DNA of 64,000 bases from Chitinophaga sp. (GTDB lineage Bacteria; Bacteroidota; Bacteroidia; Chitinophagales; Chitinophagaceae), in the NCBI RefSeq assembly GCF_039596155.1, contig NZ_JBCNKF010000011.1, forward strand, positions 29,642-93,641, written 5' to 3'. This document shows positions 29,491 through 41,723 of the stretch, in pieces (within the stretch, counting starts at the first letter, position 1; each line of letters starts with the position of its first letter). A program made the position numbers and the translations under genes. The notes under the pieces are model-generated. The model was given only the letters and a program-made list of their open reading frames with translations, had not been told where the DNA came from and did no database searches.

Positions 29491-30504
29491 ATGAAACAGC
29501 TAAGATACATAGGTGCGGGTATGCTATGTTTATTGATGTATAGTGCCTGTACAAAGAAACCGTTGGATGGGGCAGGAGTAAAAACAGAGAAAAACGGGGT
29601 AGCCGTAACAGCTGCTGCCATTGCTAATCCCACCTGGTATGCAGAGGCGAGATGTTTCCTGGATGGGCCTGCGGGCGCATTTGATGACCTGGCAGTAAAA
29701 GATCCGTCGATCGTTTACTCCGGCGGCAAATACCATCTCTTTTACACTGGCCGGGACAAGGGAACAGGAGGACTCTGGCGGATGGGGTATGCAGCTGCTA
29801 CATCTATAGCCGGGCTCAAAACTGCCAGCCGCACCTACATGAGTGCATTGAATGCAGGTTCCTATTTCTGTGCACCACAGGTATTCTGGTTTCCTGCCAA
29901 GGGAAAGTGGTTCCTGATCTACCAGAGTGGACAGGGTGCTTCTTTTTCGACATCGACAGATGTAGGTAATCCGGCATCATGGACACCTGTAAGAAGCATG
30001 GGATTTACGGATGGGATTGATTTCTGGTGCATTTCTGATGGTACCTACGTGTATTGTTTTTATTCAGCCCAGGATGGTTCGCGCACGATAAAAAGGCGGA
30101 GAACAACGGTGGCCAATTTCCCATATAACTGGGAGGCGCCTACTGTAGCTGCCACGAATACCTTTGAGGCGGTACATGTGTATAAAAGCAAGGCAGATGG
30201 AAAGTATTATATGATCGTAGAGGACATCAACCGTTACCAGGAACTCTGGACAGCCAGCTCCCTGGGAGGTACGTGGACACAGGTGGCCGAGAAGTGGGCC
30301 GCCCGGGATAACCTCCGGTTCCTGTCAGAAGTATGGACAGACCAGGTCTCTCATGTGGAAGCGATCCGCTCCGGTACTGACGACAAGCTGGAGATCGATA
30401 ATATTGACAGATGTCAGCTATTGATACAGGGTGTGCCGAACGGTAATTATGGCGACTATGGTAATATTCCGTACGATCTTGGTGTGATCAGGAATTATCA
30501 GTAA
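29491..30504 (+). CDS. GH62-like non-reducing-end alpha-L-arabinofuranosidase, lipoprotein
   Basis: Lipobox YSAC; KDPSIV, FCAPQVFWF, IDFW, FEAVHVYK, YYMIVE, VSHVE; these match the GH62 five-blade propeller catalytic motifs. Confidence 0.8.
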   Translation: MKQLRYIGAGMLCLLMYSACTKKPLDGAGVKTEKNGVAVTAAAIANPTWYAEARCFLDGPAGAFDDLAVKDPSIVYSGGKYHLFYTGRDKGTGGLWRMGYAAATSIAGLKTASRTYMSALNAGSYFCAPQVFWFPAKGKWFLIYQSGQGASFSTSTDVGNPASWTPVRSMGFTDGIDFWCISDGTYVYCFYSAQDGSRTIKRRRTTVANFPYNWEAPTVAATNTFEAVHVYKSKADGKYYMIVEDINRYQELWTASSLGGTWTQVAEKWAARDNLRFLSEVWTDQVSHVEAIRSGTDDKLEIDNIDRCQLLIQGVPNGNYGDYGNIPYDLGVIRNYQ

Positions 30505-30515
30505 AATACGATAAT

Positions 30516-32577
<2,062 letters not shown>

Positions 32578-32581
32578 AGTA

Positions 32582-32624
32582 GCAGGGAGTGATCACCGGT
32601 GTCCTGCATACCGGTGCTCCCTGC
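32582..32624 (+). terminator. Stem-loop at the end of the xylan PUL
   Basis: gcagggag/ctccctgc outer stem and caccggt/accggtg inner stem right after the esterase stop; no strong U tract. Confidence 0.45.
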
Positions 32625-32748
32625 ATCCTTGCAAATCCGGCCATAAATCCATAAGTTTGTATCCATACATCATGCATTCATGTGTTACCACCAAAACCAC
32701 CATCGATAAAATTAATAAACTCAACCAAAAACTAATTGTCAGTCAAGC

Positions 32749-33297
32749 TTGGACAGTACCAATCATAATAAAGCATCAAAAGCCGCTTTCAAAGCAGTGT
32801 ACGATAAATACTGGGAAGATCTGTTTCAGGCTGCCTACAAGCGTACCCGCCATGCAGCAGATGCCAGCGACCTCGTCCAGGATCTGTTTATCTCTCTCTG
32901 GGATCACCCGGAACGGCTGCAGCAGGAAGAGGATCTGGGAGCATATCTCTTTGTTGCACTCAGGAACAAAATTTTCAACTATTTCGAAAAAAAGACGGTG
33001 CGCCTGAATTATCTCCTGGCGCAGCCATTTAAACCTGTAGAATCAGAGGAAGCCATTTTCAGCAATATTCGCACCCGCGAAATAAAGAACTGTGTAGCGG
33101 CTGCCATCTCTGCCATGCCCCCCCGTATGAAAGAAATATATATCCTCAGCCGTGAACAGCACCTGTCTATTGCTGAAATAGCCGGACTACTGGGTATATC
33201 TCCCCAAACGGTTAAAAATCAATTGCATACGGCCCTTGGAAAAATCCGCACCCAGCTGAACGACAACGGTCTTTCGGCTTTTTCCATTTTTTTTTAG
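32749..33297 (+). CDS. ECF sigma-70 factor (FecI-like, Bacteroidota type)
   Basis: AFKAVYDKYW, DLVQDLFISLW, AYLFVALRNK, region 4 MPPRMKEIYILSREQHLSIAEIAGLLGISPQTVKNQL. TTG start is uncertain. Confidence 0.92.
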   Translation: MDSTNHNKASKAAFKAVYDKYWEDLFQAAYKRTRHAADASDLVQDLFISLWDHPERLQQEEDLGAYLFVALRNKIFNYFEKKTVRLNYLLAQPFKPVESEEAIFSNIRTREIKNCVAAAISAMPPRMKEIYILSREQHLSIAEIAGLLGISPQTVKNQLHTALGKIRTQLNDNGLSAFSIFF

Positions 33298-33357
33298 CTA
33301 CTTATAGTACTACCTGATTAGTTACCTGTTCTTGTATATAAACAGGCATACTACACC

Positions 33358-34476
33358 GTGAATGCAACACCAAAGAATATATCTGAGCTATTAAAAAAAT
33401 ACCGTACCGGCAAAGCTACTCCGGAGGAAAGCGCATTGCTGGAAGCATGGTACCATGCCCTGGAGTATGATACCACGATGTTTACAGATGAGGAGCTGGT
33501 GCGGCAAATGCAGGCAGAGGGTTGGGAGAAAATCAGGAAAAGAACGCCTGTTGTACGCCTGGTGGGGCGTTACTGGATGGGTATGACGGCAGCCGTATTG
33601 CTGTTGCTTGCCGGGGTTTTCTATTACAATATGCAAAGAAAACCTGTTGTTCCCGTTTATGCCGTCATTCAACCGGCCAGTGATAAGGCTACGCTGACAC
33701 TCTCCAATGGCCGGCAGATCATACTGGAAGATGCAGATAGCGGAATGATAGCAGAACAGAATGGCAGCCAGGTAGTGAAGCAGCCAAACGGGCAGTTGAC
33801 CTATCTTAAGCACAATGATGATCACTTACCAAACGTATATAATACATTGACTACGCCCCGCGGAGGTCAGTATAAAATAGTGCTGCCTGATGGTACAGTG
33901 GTGTGGATGAATTCAGCCTCTTCGTTAACTTATCCGACAGCTTTCAATGACCATGAGAGGATCGTGAAACTGAGTGGAGAAGCCTATTTTGAAGTGGCTC
34001 CCCGCGCTGCACAACCTTTTAAGGTGCAGGTAGATCAGACGATTGTGGATGTGTTAGGAACAGCCTTTAACATTCATGCATATGCAGATGAACCGGCTGT
34101 AACAACGACCCTTGTAACAGGCAGTGTACGGGTAACGCACACGATGGCTGCAGGTAATAAATCAGCGCAACTGGTGCCGGGACAGCAGGCCATTGGCGCG
34201 GCCACTTACCTGGTAACCAGGAAAGCTAATATGCGCCAGGTATTGTCATGGAAGAACGGACTTTTCATTTTTGAAGATCGTAAGCTCATCGATGTACTCC
34301 GTGAAATATCACGCTGGTACGATATAGATATTGATATGCAGGCAGGGGACAATGATACGCGTTATGGCGGTGTCATTAACAGGAACAGCCCGCTGCCAAA
34401 AGTCTTAGAACTGCTGGAAAGCAATGGAATCAGACATTTTAAAATAGAAGGAAGAAAAGTGATTGTTCTTCCATAA
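33358..34476 (+). CDS. FecR family anti-sigma factor
   Basis: TM helix; TLTTPRGGQYKIVLPDGTVVWMNSASSLTYP; LSGEAYFEV; VLGTAFNI; WKNGLFIF. Confidence 0.95.
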   Translation: MNATPKNISELLKKYRTGKATPEESALLEAWYHALEYDTTMFTDEELVRQMQAEGWEKIRKRTPVVRLVGRYWMGMTAAVLLLLAGVFYYNMQRKPVVPVYAVIQPASDKATLTLSNGRQIILEDADSGMIAEQNGSQVVKQPNGQLTYLKHNDDHLPNVYNTLTTPRGGQYKIVLPDGTVVWMNSASSLTYPTAFNDHERIVKLSGEAYFEVAPRAAQPFKVQVDQTIVDVLGTAFNIHAYADEPAVTTTLVTGSVRVTHTMAAGNKSAQLVPGQQAIGAATYLVTRKANMRQVLSWKNGLFIFEDRKLIDVLREISRWYDIDIDMQAGDNDTRYGGVINRNSPLPKVLELLESNGIRHFKIEGRKVIVLP

Positions 34477-34564
34477 ATCAACCAACCGCTTGTATTTGTA
34501 AACAATTGCCTATGATGTAAAGGGGACTTACAATGATGTAAAAAGAAATCAATCAAAATCAACA

Positions 34565-34639
34565 ATGAAACAGTATGCCATCCTTATAAAGGATAAGGAA
34601 TGCTATTGCTGTAGCCACCAGAAATTATTGCTTTTATGA
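34565..34639 (+). other. 24-codon upstream ORF overlapping the susC start (ATGA)
   Basis: Reads MKQYAILIKDKECYCCSHQKLLLL*; its TGA overlaps the susC ATG at 34636. Confidence 0.4.
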
Positions 34640-37600
34640 AACTTTCTACCTTACTTATCACCCTGGGGTGTATGCTGATTGCTGTAGCAGCATTATCACA
34701 GAAGGTGACGCTTTCTGTAAAAAAGCAACCTCTGCATGAGGTGATCAATGAAATTGCTGCCCAGACAGGGGTGAACATGATCTATAACATGGAGCAGCTG
34801 CGGAGTGCGGCACCTGTAACGGTCAATTTAAAACAGGCATCACTTGACGAAGCGCTGAAAGCCATCTTTAAAAACCAGCCTTTTAGTTATGAATTAAGAG
34901 ATGGAACGGTCGTCGTTATCCGGCCGAAGAATGGAATTGTTGTAGCCGTGCCGGTTCCTAATGGGAGTGAAACAGCCATGGACTTTCTCGATGTCAGCGT
35001 AAGAGCGGTTGATGAGCGAAACAGGCCTGTTCCTAATGTGACTGTAAGTATTAAATCAAGGCAGGAGATCCTGATCACCGATGCGAACGGCCTCGCATTG
35101 CTGAGGAAAGTCTTGCCGGGTACCTTAGTCACCTTTACCAGCATTGGCTATGAAGAACAGGTATTACCTGTGACACCTGGCATGCAGGAACTGGTCGTGC
35201 GCATGAAGCAGAAGATCAGCCAGCTAAGCACGCTGGAAATCAGTACAGGGATATCTTCGCGTAAGCAGGAAAGTTTTACCGGGTCTGCCACTGTGTTCAC
35301 TGGTCAGCAACTAAAGACAACCGGCAACAGGAATGTACTGGAAAGCCTGAAAAGCCTGGATCCTTCGTTTGTAAAAGTGACCAATAACCTGGCAGGCAGT
35401 AATCCGAATAAACTCCCCAACTTTGAAATAAGAGGCAGAACCAGTATCAGTACTATCAACCTGAACGACCAGTTTAATGCTGATCCTAACCAGCCTTTAT
35501 TTATCCTGGATGGTTTTGAAACCACCCTGCAGGCCATCTATGACCTGGATATGAACCGGGTGGCTACCATTACAATTTTAAAGGATGCGGCGTCGACAGC
35601 ATTGTATGGTTCCAAGGCAGCAAACGGTGTTGTCGTAGTGGAAACAAAGCGTCCTAAACCCGGTAAATTGCAGTTGAGCTATACAGGCGATTTTTCTGCA
35701 GATATACCGGACCTGAGCAGTTATAACCTGATGAATGCATCGGAGAAACTGCAGTTCGAAAAGTTGTCAGGCAGATACAGTAGTAAAGGTGAACAGGCGT
35801 GGCGGAATGAAGAAATTTATAATGCGCGGCTGGCTAATGTACAGCGGGGTATCAATACCTACTGGCTAAGTGAACCGGTAAGAACAGGCGTTTCGAACCG
35901 TCATTCTGTACAGATCACGGGCGGTAATACTGACCTGATGATGAATGCAGGTTTTGTGTACGGCATGCAGGAAGGTGCTATGAAAGGCTCTAATCGTGAA
36001 AACTGGAGTGCAAATCTCAACCTTACTTATCGCAGGGGTAATGTGAATATATCAAACCTGTTCACTGTAAATGGAAATGATGCACATGAATCACCGTATG
36101 GTTCTTTTGCTACATATGCAAAAGCAATTCCCTATTACAGCAAGAAAAATGCGGATGGTACGATCCCCAGGTACCTGGATCCTTTATACGATACTACATT
36201 GATCAACCCCTTGTACGATGCTTCACTTTACAGCAGGAATGAAACCTCGCAGTTCAGTTTTCAGAACAACCTGCAGGCAATTGTGACACTTTCGCCTGAC
36301 TTACGGTTACAGGGAGGATTGTTACTTGGAAAAGGCAATAGTAACGGCATTGTATTTATTCCACCCGATAACTCCGCATTTGTAACACTGCCGGCCAATC
36401 AAAAGGGAAATTATATCAATACCCGTCAGGAAAACAGCCGGTATAACGGTAACCTGATGCTGACCTACTCGAAGGTGACCAACCAACATTCATTCACTGT
36501 AATGGTAAGAGGGGAGGTACAGCAGGCGACAGCATCCAGTGTTGGATTTACGGCGGTGGGTTTTCCTTATGGAACAGATGGCAGTCCTGAATTTGCCTAT
36601 GGTTTCCTGCCTTACAGCACACCACAATCCAGTACTGTTACCAGCAGAAGTGTAGGTTTTCTTTCAAGCCTGAACTATGTATATGATCAGCGTTTCATGT
36701 TCGATGGTGTGTATAGATTGGATGGTAGCAGCGTCTTTGGCAGTGACCGTCAGTTCAAACCATTTTTGTCAGCGGGCATGGGCTGGAACCTTCATCACGA
36801 ATCCTTTATACGGGATATAGAATGGATCAGTCTTTTAAAGCTGAGAGGGAATATTGGCTATACCGGCAACCAGAACCTGGGCAGCTTTAGTTCCATATCC
36901 CTGTACAGTTATAATGCGGGGAATGTAAACAATTTTGGACAGGGGCTTAACCTGGCATCATTGGGCAACCCGGGACTGGATTGGCAAAAAACACTGCAGG
37001 CCAGTTATGGTGTTGACTTTGCCATGTGGAATAACCGGGTAAGTGGCTCGCTGGAATATTATAATAAAAGAACGGATCCACTGGCAGTAGGAGCTGTTGG
37101 TACATTGCCATCATCAGCAGGTGTAAATGAAAACTATGTGATCAACCTGGGACACCTTACTACCAAAGGTTATAGTGTGAATGTACGGGTTTCTCCGGTG
37201 TACAATATGAAGGACCGCATTATCTGGACTGTAGGGGTAATGGGTAACAGGAATGTAAGTACATATGGTGGTTTCAATAACAGGCTGGCAGAATTGAATA
37301 AAGCAGAACTGGCAGCGAAGGGATTGAGCAGGTACTACGACGGTTATAGTCCCGACGATATGTGGGCTGTAAAATCACGCGGAGTGGATCCGGCCACCGG
37401 TCAGGAAGTATATGAGAAGAAGAATGGTACGCTGACTTTTGATTATGATCCTGCTGATATCGTAAAAGTAGGTAATACCCGGCCTGTGGCGGAAGGTAAT
37501 ATCAATACCAGCTTTGCCTGGAAAGACTTCACCTTCAATGCGGTCATACGGTATGAAATAGGTGGCTATGTTTTCAATGGTGCGCTGTTTAATAAGGTCG

Positions 37601-37941
37601 AGAACTTTTCCGCATTGGGTACTAACCAGAACCTTGACAAACGTGCTTTGTATGACCGTTGGCAGCAACCCGGTGATATCATGCCATTCATTGGTATCAA
37701 TAGCTTCTCGAATGGTGTCATGTCCTCCCGCTTTATTCAGAAAGACACTCATTTCACCGGGGAATCTTTCAGCCTGGCCTATCGTATCACACAGGGCTGG
37801 ATTAAAAAGCTACGGATGCAATCGCTGAACCTGAGTCTTTACATGAACGATATTTTCCGTATTGAGAGTATCCTCAGCGAAAGGGGCATTGATTATCCCT
37901 ATGCCCGTACCGTATCATTTAGTGTGAATGCATCCTTCTGA
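34636..37941 (+). CDS. SusC/RagA TonB-dependent receptor/transducer with N-terminal STN signalling domain
   Basis: KVTLSVKKQPLHEVINEIAAQTG (STN), plug RVATITILKDAASTALYGSKAANGVVVVET, C-terminal SVNASF. Confidence 0.95.
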   Translation: MKLSTLLITLGCMLIAVAALSQKVTLSVKKQPLHEVINEIAAQTGVNMIYNMEQLRSAAPVTVNLKQASLDEALKAIFKNQPFSYELRDGTVVVIRPKNGIVVAVPVPNGSETAMDFLDVSVRAVDERNRPVPNVTVSIKSRQEILITDANGLALLRKVLPGTLVTFTSIGYEEQVLPVTPGMQELVVRMKQKISQLSTLEISTGISSRKQESFTGSATVFTGQQLKTTGNRNVLESLKSLDPSFVKVTNNLAGSNPNKLPNFEIRGRTSISTINLNDQFNADPNQPLFILDGFETTLQAIYDLDMNRVATITILKDAASTALYGSKAANGVVVVETKRPKPGKLQLSYTGDFSADIPDLSSYNLMNASEKLQFEKLSGRYSSKGEQAWRNEEIYNARLANVQRGINTYWLSEPVRTGVSNRHSVQITGGNTDLMMNAGFVYGMQEGAMKGSNRENWSANLNLTYRRGNVNISNLFTVNGNDAHESPYGSFATYAKAIPYYSKKNADGTIPRYLDPLYDTTLINPLYDASLYSRNETSQFSFQNNLQAIVTLSPDLRLQGGLLLGKGNSNGIVFIPPDNSAFVTLPANQKGNYINTRQENSRYNGNLMLTYSKVTNQHSFTVMVRGEVQQATASSVGFTAVGFPYGTDGSPEFAYGFLPYSTPQSSTVTSRSVGFLSSLNYVYDQRFMFDGVYRLDGSSVFGSDRQFKPFLSAGMGWNLHHESFIRDIEWISLLKLRGNIGYTGNQNLGSFSSISLYSYNAGNVNNFGQGLNLASLGNPGLDWQKTLQASYGVDFAMWNNRVSGSLEYYNKRTDPLAVGAVGTLPSSAGVNENYVINLGHLTTKGYSVNVRVSPVYNMKDRIIWTVGVMGNRNVSTYGGFNNRLAELNKAELAAKGLSRYYDGYSPDDMWAVKSRGVDPATGQEVYEKKNGTLTFDYDPADIVKVGNTRPVAEGNINTSFAWKDFTFNAVIRYEIGGYVFNGALFNKVENFSALGTNQNLDKRALYDRWQQPGDIMPFIGINSFSNGVMSSRFIQKDTHFTGESFSLAYRITQGWIKKLRMQSLNLSLYMNDIFRIESILSERGIDYPYARTVSFSVNASF

Positions 37942-37946
37942 TAAAA

Positions 37947-39383
37947 ATGAATAGTATGTTACAGAAATATAGACTCTTATTATGCTGTTTTTTATTTACA
38001 GCGATCAGCAGTTGTAAAAACTACCTGGATGTTCAACCTAAAGGTGCTTACACCGCCGACCAGGTATTCAGCAATTCTTCTGCCATGCAACAGGCGTTGA
38101 ATGGTCTTTATATCAGCCTGGCAGATAGTACGCTATACGGCCAGTTTATGACGACTACTATCATTGAGATGCTGGGGCAGCGTTACCAGCCGCCCACCGG
38201 TACGGAGTCAGATAGCTGGTTCGTGGGGCAATTTGAAAATTACCAGTATTCGGATCCCAATGTACAGGCAGCCTTTGATGCACTGTGGAAAAAAGCATAT
38301 GGCACCATACTGGCCGCCAATGTATTTATAAAGAATGCCGGTGATGCTGTGAACAGGCATGTAGTAAGTGATAAAGAAGGGCAACAGTTGATAGGAGAGG
38401 CCATTGCAATCAGGGCTATGCTCCACTTCGACCTGCTTCGGTTATTCGGACCGGTGTATGCATTGAACCCGGAGGCGCAGGCGATTCCTTATTATTCCGG
38501 TACGGATGGCAATGCTCAACCTTTACTGAGTGCCAGCAAAGTAATGGAAAGGGTATTGTCAGATCTGAATACAGCAGCAGCAATGCTGTCTGCAGATCCT
38601 GTGATCACAGGTGGTGTTGTCAGCGTGAATGATTTCTATTATGGTTACCGCAATCAGCGATTGAACTACTATGCAGTGAAGGGATTAATGGCGCGCGCCT
38701 ACCTGTGGGCGGGGCAAAAAGACCAGGCGCATAAACAGGCGCTGGAAGTACTCACGCAGGGAGAGAAGTGGTTTCCCTGGACAGATCCGCAGGCCATACA
38801 GCCGCTGCAGGATAATCCTGACCGTATCTTCTCAAATGAGATCCTCTTTAGTGTATATAATCCCAGGATGTATAATGCTTACTTCACGTTCTTTAGTCCG
38901 GACCTTGGAAATGATCATGTACTGACAGCTGACCCTGACAGATTGCAGGAAGTGTATGAAGGCATTGCCAACGATTACCGTTATAATGAGAATACATGGA
39001 GGGCTACTATTATCACCAAGAAGACCTTTTTCAAATTTGCTGATGTACCGGATATTTCCCGGCCATTCCGTTTCCTGCAGCCAGTGCTGCGCAAAACAGA
39101 GCTGTATTATATTCTGGCTGAAACAGAAACTTCTCCTGCACAGGCGTTGCAATACCTGAATACAGTGCGCTATAACCGGAATCTTGTTGACCTCACGGGC
39201 GATGCAGATATCACGGTGGAAACCGCGAAAGAGTATATGAAAGAATTCTGGGGAGAGGGTCAGCTGTTCTTCTATTACAAGCGAACAAACACCAGCTTCC
39301 TGCCTAGCGGAGAAAGCCCATATTATTCAGTAGTGCCTTCTTATGTAGTGCCATTACCGCTTTCAGAAACCACTCCCCGATAA
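37947..39383 (+). CDS. RagB/SusD family lipoprotein
   Basis: Lipobox ISSC; GEAIAIRAMLHFDLLRLFGP; RLNYYAVKGLMARAYL; KEFWGEGQLFFYYKR. Confidence 0.92.
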   Translation: MNSMLQKYRLLLCCFLFTAISSCKNYLDVQPKGAYTADQVFSNSSAMQQALNGLYISLADSTLYGQFMTTTIIEMLGQRYQPPTGTESDSWFVGQFENYQYSDPNVQAAFDALWKKAYGTILAANVFIKNAGDAVNRHVVSDKEGQQLIGEAIAIRAMLHFDLLRLFGPVYALNPEAQAIPYYSGTDGNAQPLLSASKVMERVLSDLNTAAAMLSADPVITGGVVSVNDFYYGYRNQRLNYYAVKGLMARAYLWAGQKDQAHKQALEVLTQGEKWFPWTDPQAIQPLQDNPDRIFSNEILFSVYNPRMYNAYFTFFSPDLGNDHVLTADPDRLQEVYEGIANDYRYNENTWRATIITKKTFFKFADVPDISRPFRFLQPVLRKTELYYILAETETSPAQALQYLNTVRYNRNLVDLTGDADITVETAKEYMKEFWGEGQLFFYYKRTNTSFLPSGESPYYSVVPSYVVPLPLSETTPR

Positions 39384-39401
39384 ACATCAAAATGAAGTAA
39401 C

Positions 39402-40190
39402 ATGCGAATAGCTTTTTATAAATTATTCATCGTATCGTTACCGGTATTACTGTTTGCCTGCAGGAAGGATAAACTGATGACTTATAATGCCGGTGACAAT
39501 ATTTATTTCCAGTATAAGGTGGGCGTGGATTCTGCCGCAAATCAGCAGGGGTTTATTGACGATACCCTGGATTACACCTTTGCTTACTCTCCGGACAATG
39601 TGAAGGATACACTATTCCCTATTCCTGTTGCAGTGACCGGCGAGCCTGTTAATTCCGACAGGGTGTATAAGGTGATTGTAGACCCTCATGCTTCAGCAGT
39701 AGAGGGAACGCATTATGAATGGCCTGCTTTAGTGATCCATGCGGGCCGTGTAAAAGACACGCTGTATATGCGTTTTAAGAGAACTGCTGATCTCCGTAAA
39801 GGAAAAGTGGAAATGACATTGCACCTGATGCCCAATGAAAATTTTGCGACGAACCTGCCATTTATACTGGCACATTCGATAGATACCATTGATGTGCTCC
39901 ATCTGCATATCTCATTGTCAGATGTACTTACTGCCGGTCCGGATTGGGATATATACTTTGCTTCTTACTTCGGCACTTTCAGCGAAAAGAAAATGCGACT
40001 GATGAATGAGGTCGTCGGATTGCCGCTTGACTTCTGGGCAACGTCCAGTATGAATAGCGCACAGGTAGCAGCGGCTACTTATTATGCAACAGCTATGGGG
40101 CGTTACCTGCGACAGCAGGCATTGAGCGGGAATGTCATCTACGAGGCAGACGGTATTACACCGATGAGAATGGGCGACGATTATCAATAA
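39402..40190 (+). CDS. DUF4843-like lipoprotein
   Basis: Lipobox LFAC; PVAVTG...DR.YKV...AVEGTHY; PDW...YFGTFSEKK; position directly after susD is typical of this family. Confidence 0.75.
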   Translation: MRIAFYKLFIVSLPVLLFACRKDKLMTYNAGDNIYFQYKVGVDSAANQQGFIDDTLDYTFAYSPDNVKDTLFPIPVAVTGEPVNSDRVYKVIVDPHASAVEGTHYEWPALVIHAGRVKDTLYMRFKRTADLRKGKVEMTLHLMPNENFATNLPFILAHSIDTIDVLHLHISLSDVLTAGPDWDIYFASYFGTFSEKKMRLMNEVVGLPLDFWATSSMNSAQVAAATYYATAMGRYLRQQALSGNVIYEADGITPMRMGDDYQ

Positions 40191-40204
40191 ATTAAAAGTA
40201 CTAC

Positions 40205-41695
40205 ATGCAAAAGAAACTGATATACCTGATAGCAATCATCGGCTGCTGCTTTGCTATGGGGTGTTATAAAGACAAAGGTAATTACGATCTGCATCCGATC
40301 AACGAAGTATCTGTCAGTGCATTTGATACTGTACAGGGATATGTGGCTTACTTTGGAGATACACTGCGTATCCAGCCGGTAATTACGGGATCGCTTGACA
40401 TGAGTGGCAGCGCTGTGTATGCTTACGAATGGTCAATACAGGATCCTACTTTGGTCACTACGGTGATTGGCACGGAAAAGAACCTGCAATATAAGATAGA
40501 CAAGCTGCCAGGGGACTATTCACTCCGTTTAAAAGTAACTGATAAGGCATCTGGAGTGCTGTATCATTTCAGGACGAATTTACAGGTAAGTACAGCAGTG
40601 TATGAGGGCTACCTGGTGCTGAATGACGTAAATGGTCAGTCGAGGCTGGATATGCTGAGCTATCAAAACAACACACAGCAGTTTACCCAGATTACAGATG
40701 TATTGGCAAAGATGGGTTCTTCGCTGCCGCCACAGGGAAAACCTGTCAACATCTTTTGTATGCAGACCAGTGTTAACGTAGCCGCAGATATCAACTCCTA
40801 CAAGATATACCTGTCTACCGCATCCGGGACGAATAATCTCAATTCTGAAACTTTTGATTATAAAGAAACCCAGAACATCAGTTATGAAATGATCGGAGAT
40901 GTGCCGGCAGGTTTTAAAGCGACAGGATTTTTTGGAACGTTACGTTTTGGCATCATTCCTACTATTTACATGGTGGCAGATAACAGTGTATTTATCCGTC
41001 AGAACGGATCCCCGGTATTTCCGTATGCACCTATAAATGCCTATGAAGGGGCCGCGACGACATTTAAAGCATCTCCCTACATCGCAGCAGATCCTAATTT
41101 TTGTATGATATTTAATATGGATAAGCGCACATTTACACGCACGGCATCATTCTCTGCTACCAGTGTGTACGACATGCCGGCGGCATTGAACTATCCAACC
41201 GGTAAGGACCTGGTGTATATGGAAATGTCGTATACCAGCGTGATCCATGCTATCCTGAAAGATCCTTCGTCCGGGCAGTATTCTATCATTCGTTTCTTCC
41301 TGGGGGCAACGCCCACCTATAACGAGGAGATCACCGCAACAGATTTCGACCAGGCCACTCATTTTGCCATGAGTCCTGATCGTGGATACCTTTTTTACAG
41401 TACCGGTGGAAAGGTCTACGAGTACGACCTTTCATTGAAGACCAGTAAGCTCATGCTGGACAAAGGAAATGAAGAAATAACCTACCTGGCTTTTCAGAAT
41501 TTCTTTTCCCGCACGTTCAACAATAACTATAGTAACTGGGCCAATCTGCTGACAGTAGGATCATACAATGCATCGTCCGCAAATGGTACACTGGAACAAT
41601 ATACAGTGCCGCCGGTAAACGGACAGCTTGTGAGAACCGCGCGATGGAGCGGATTCGGGAAGATCACGAGCATCGCCTACAGGGAAAGAAGATAA
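40205..41695 (+). CDS. PKD-like family lipoprotein with predicted beta-propeller C-terminal region
   Basis: Lipobox AMGC-YKDKGNYD; YAYEW...IGTEKNL...PGDYSLRLKVTD; C-terminal YLFYSTGGKVYEYD repeats. Confidence 0.8.
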   Translation: MQKKLIYLIAIIGCCFAMGCYKDKGNYDLHPINEVSVSAFDTVQGYVAYFGDTLRIQPVITGSLDMSGSAVYAYEWSIQDPTLVTTVIGTEKNLQYKIDKLPGDYSLRLKVTDKASGVLYHFRTNLQVSTAVYEGYLVLNDVNGQSRLDMLSYQNNTQQFTQITDVLAKMGSSLPPQGKPVNIFCMQTSVNVAADINSYKIYLSTASGTNNLNSETFDYKETQNISYEMIGDVPAGFKATGFFGTLRFGIIPTIYMVADNSVFIRQNGSPVFPYAPINAYEGAATTFKASPYIAADPNFCMIFNMDKRTFTRTASFSATSVYDMPAALNYPTGKDLVYMEMSYTSVIHAILKDPSSGQYSIIRFFLGATPTYNEEITATDFDQATHFAMSPDRGYLFYSTGGKVYEYDLSLKTSKLMLDKGNEEITYLAFQNFFSRTFNNNYSNWANLLTVGSYNASSANGTLEQYTVPPVNGQLVRTARWSGFGKITSIAYRERR

Positions 41696-41723
41696 TCATT
41701 TATAACAATCAATAAAACAGACA

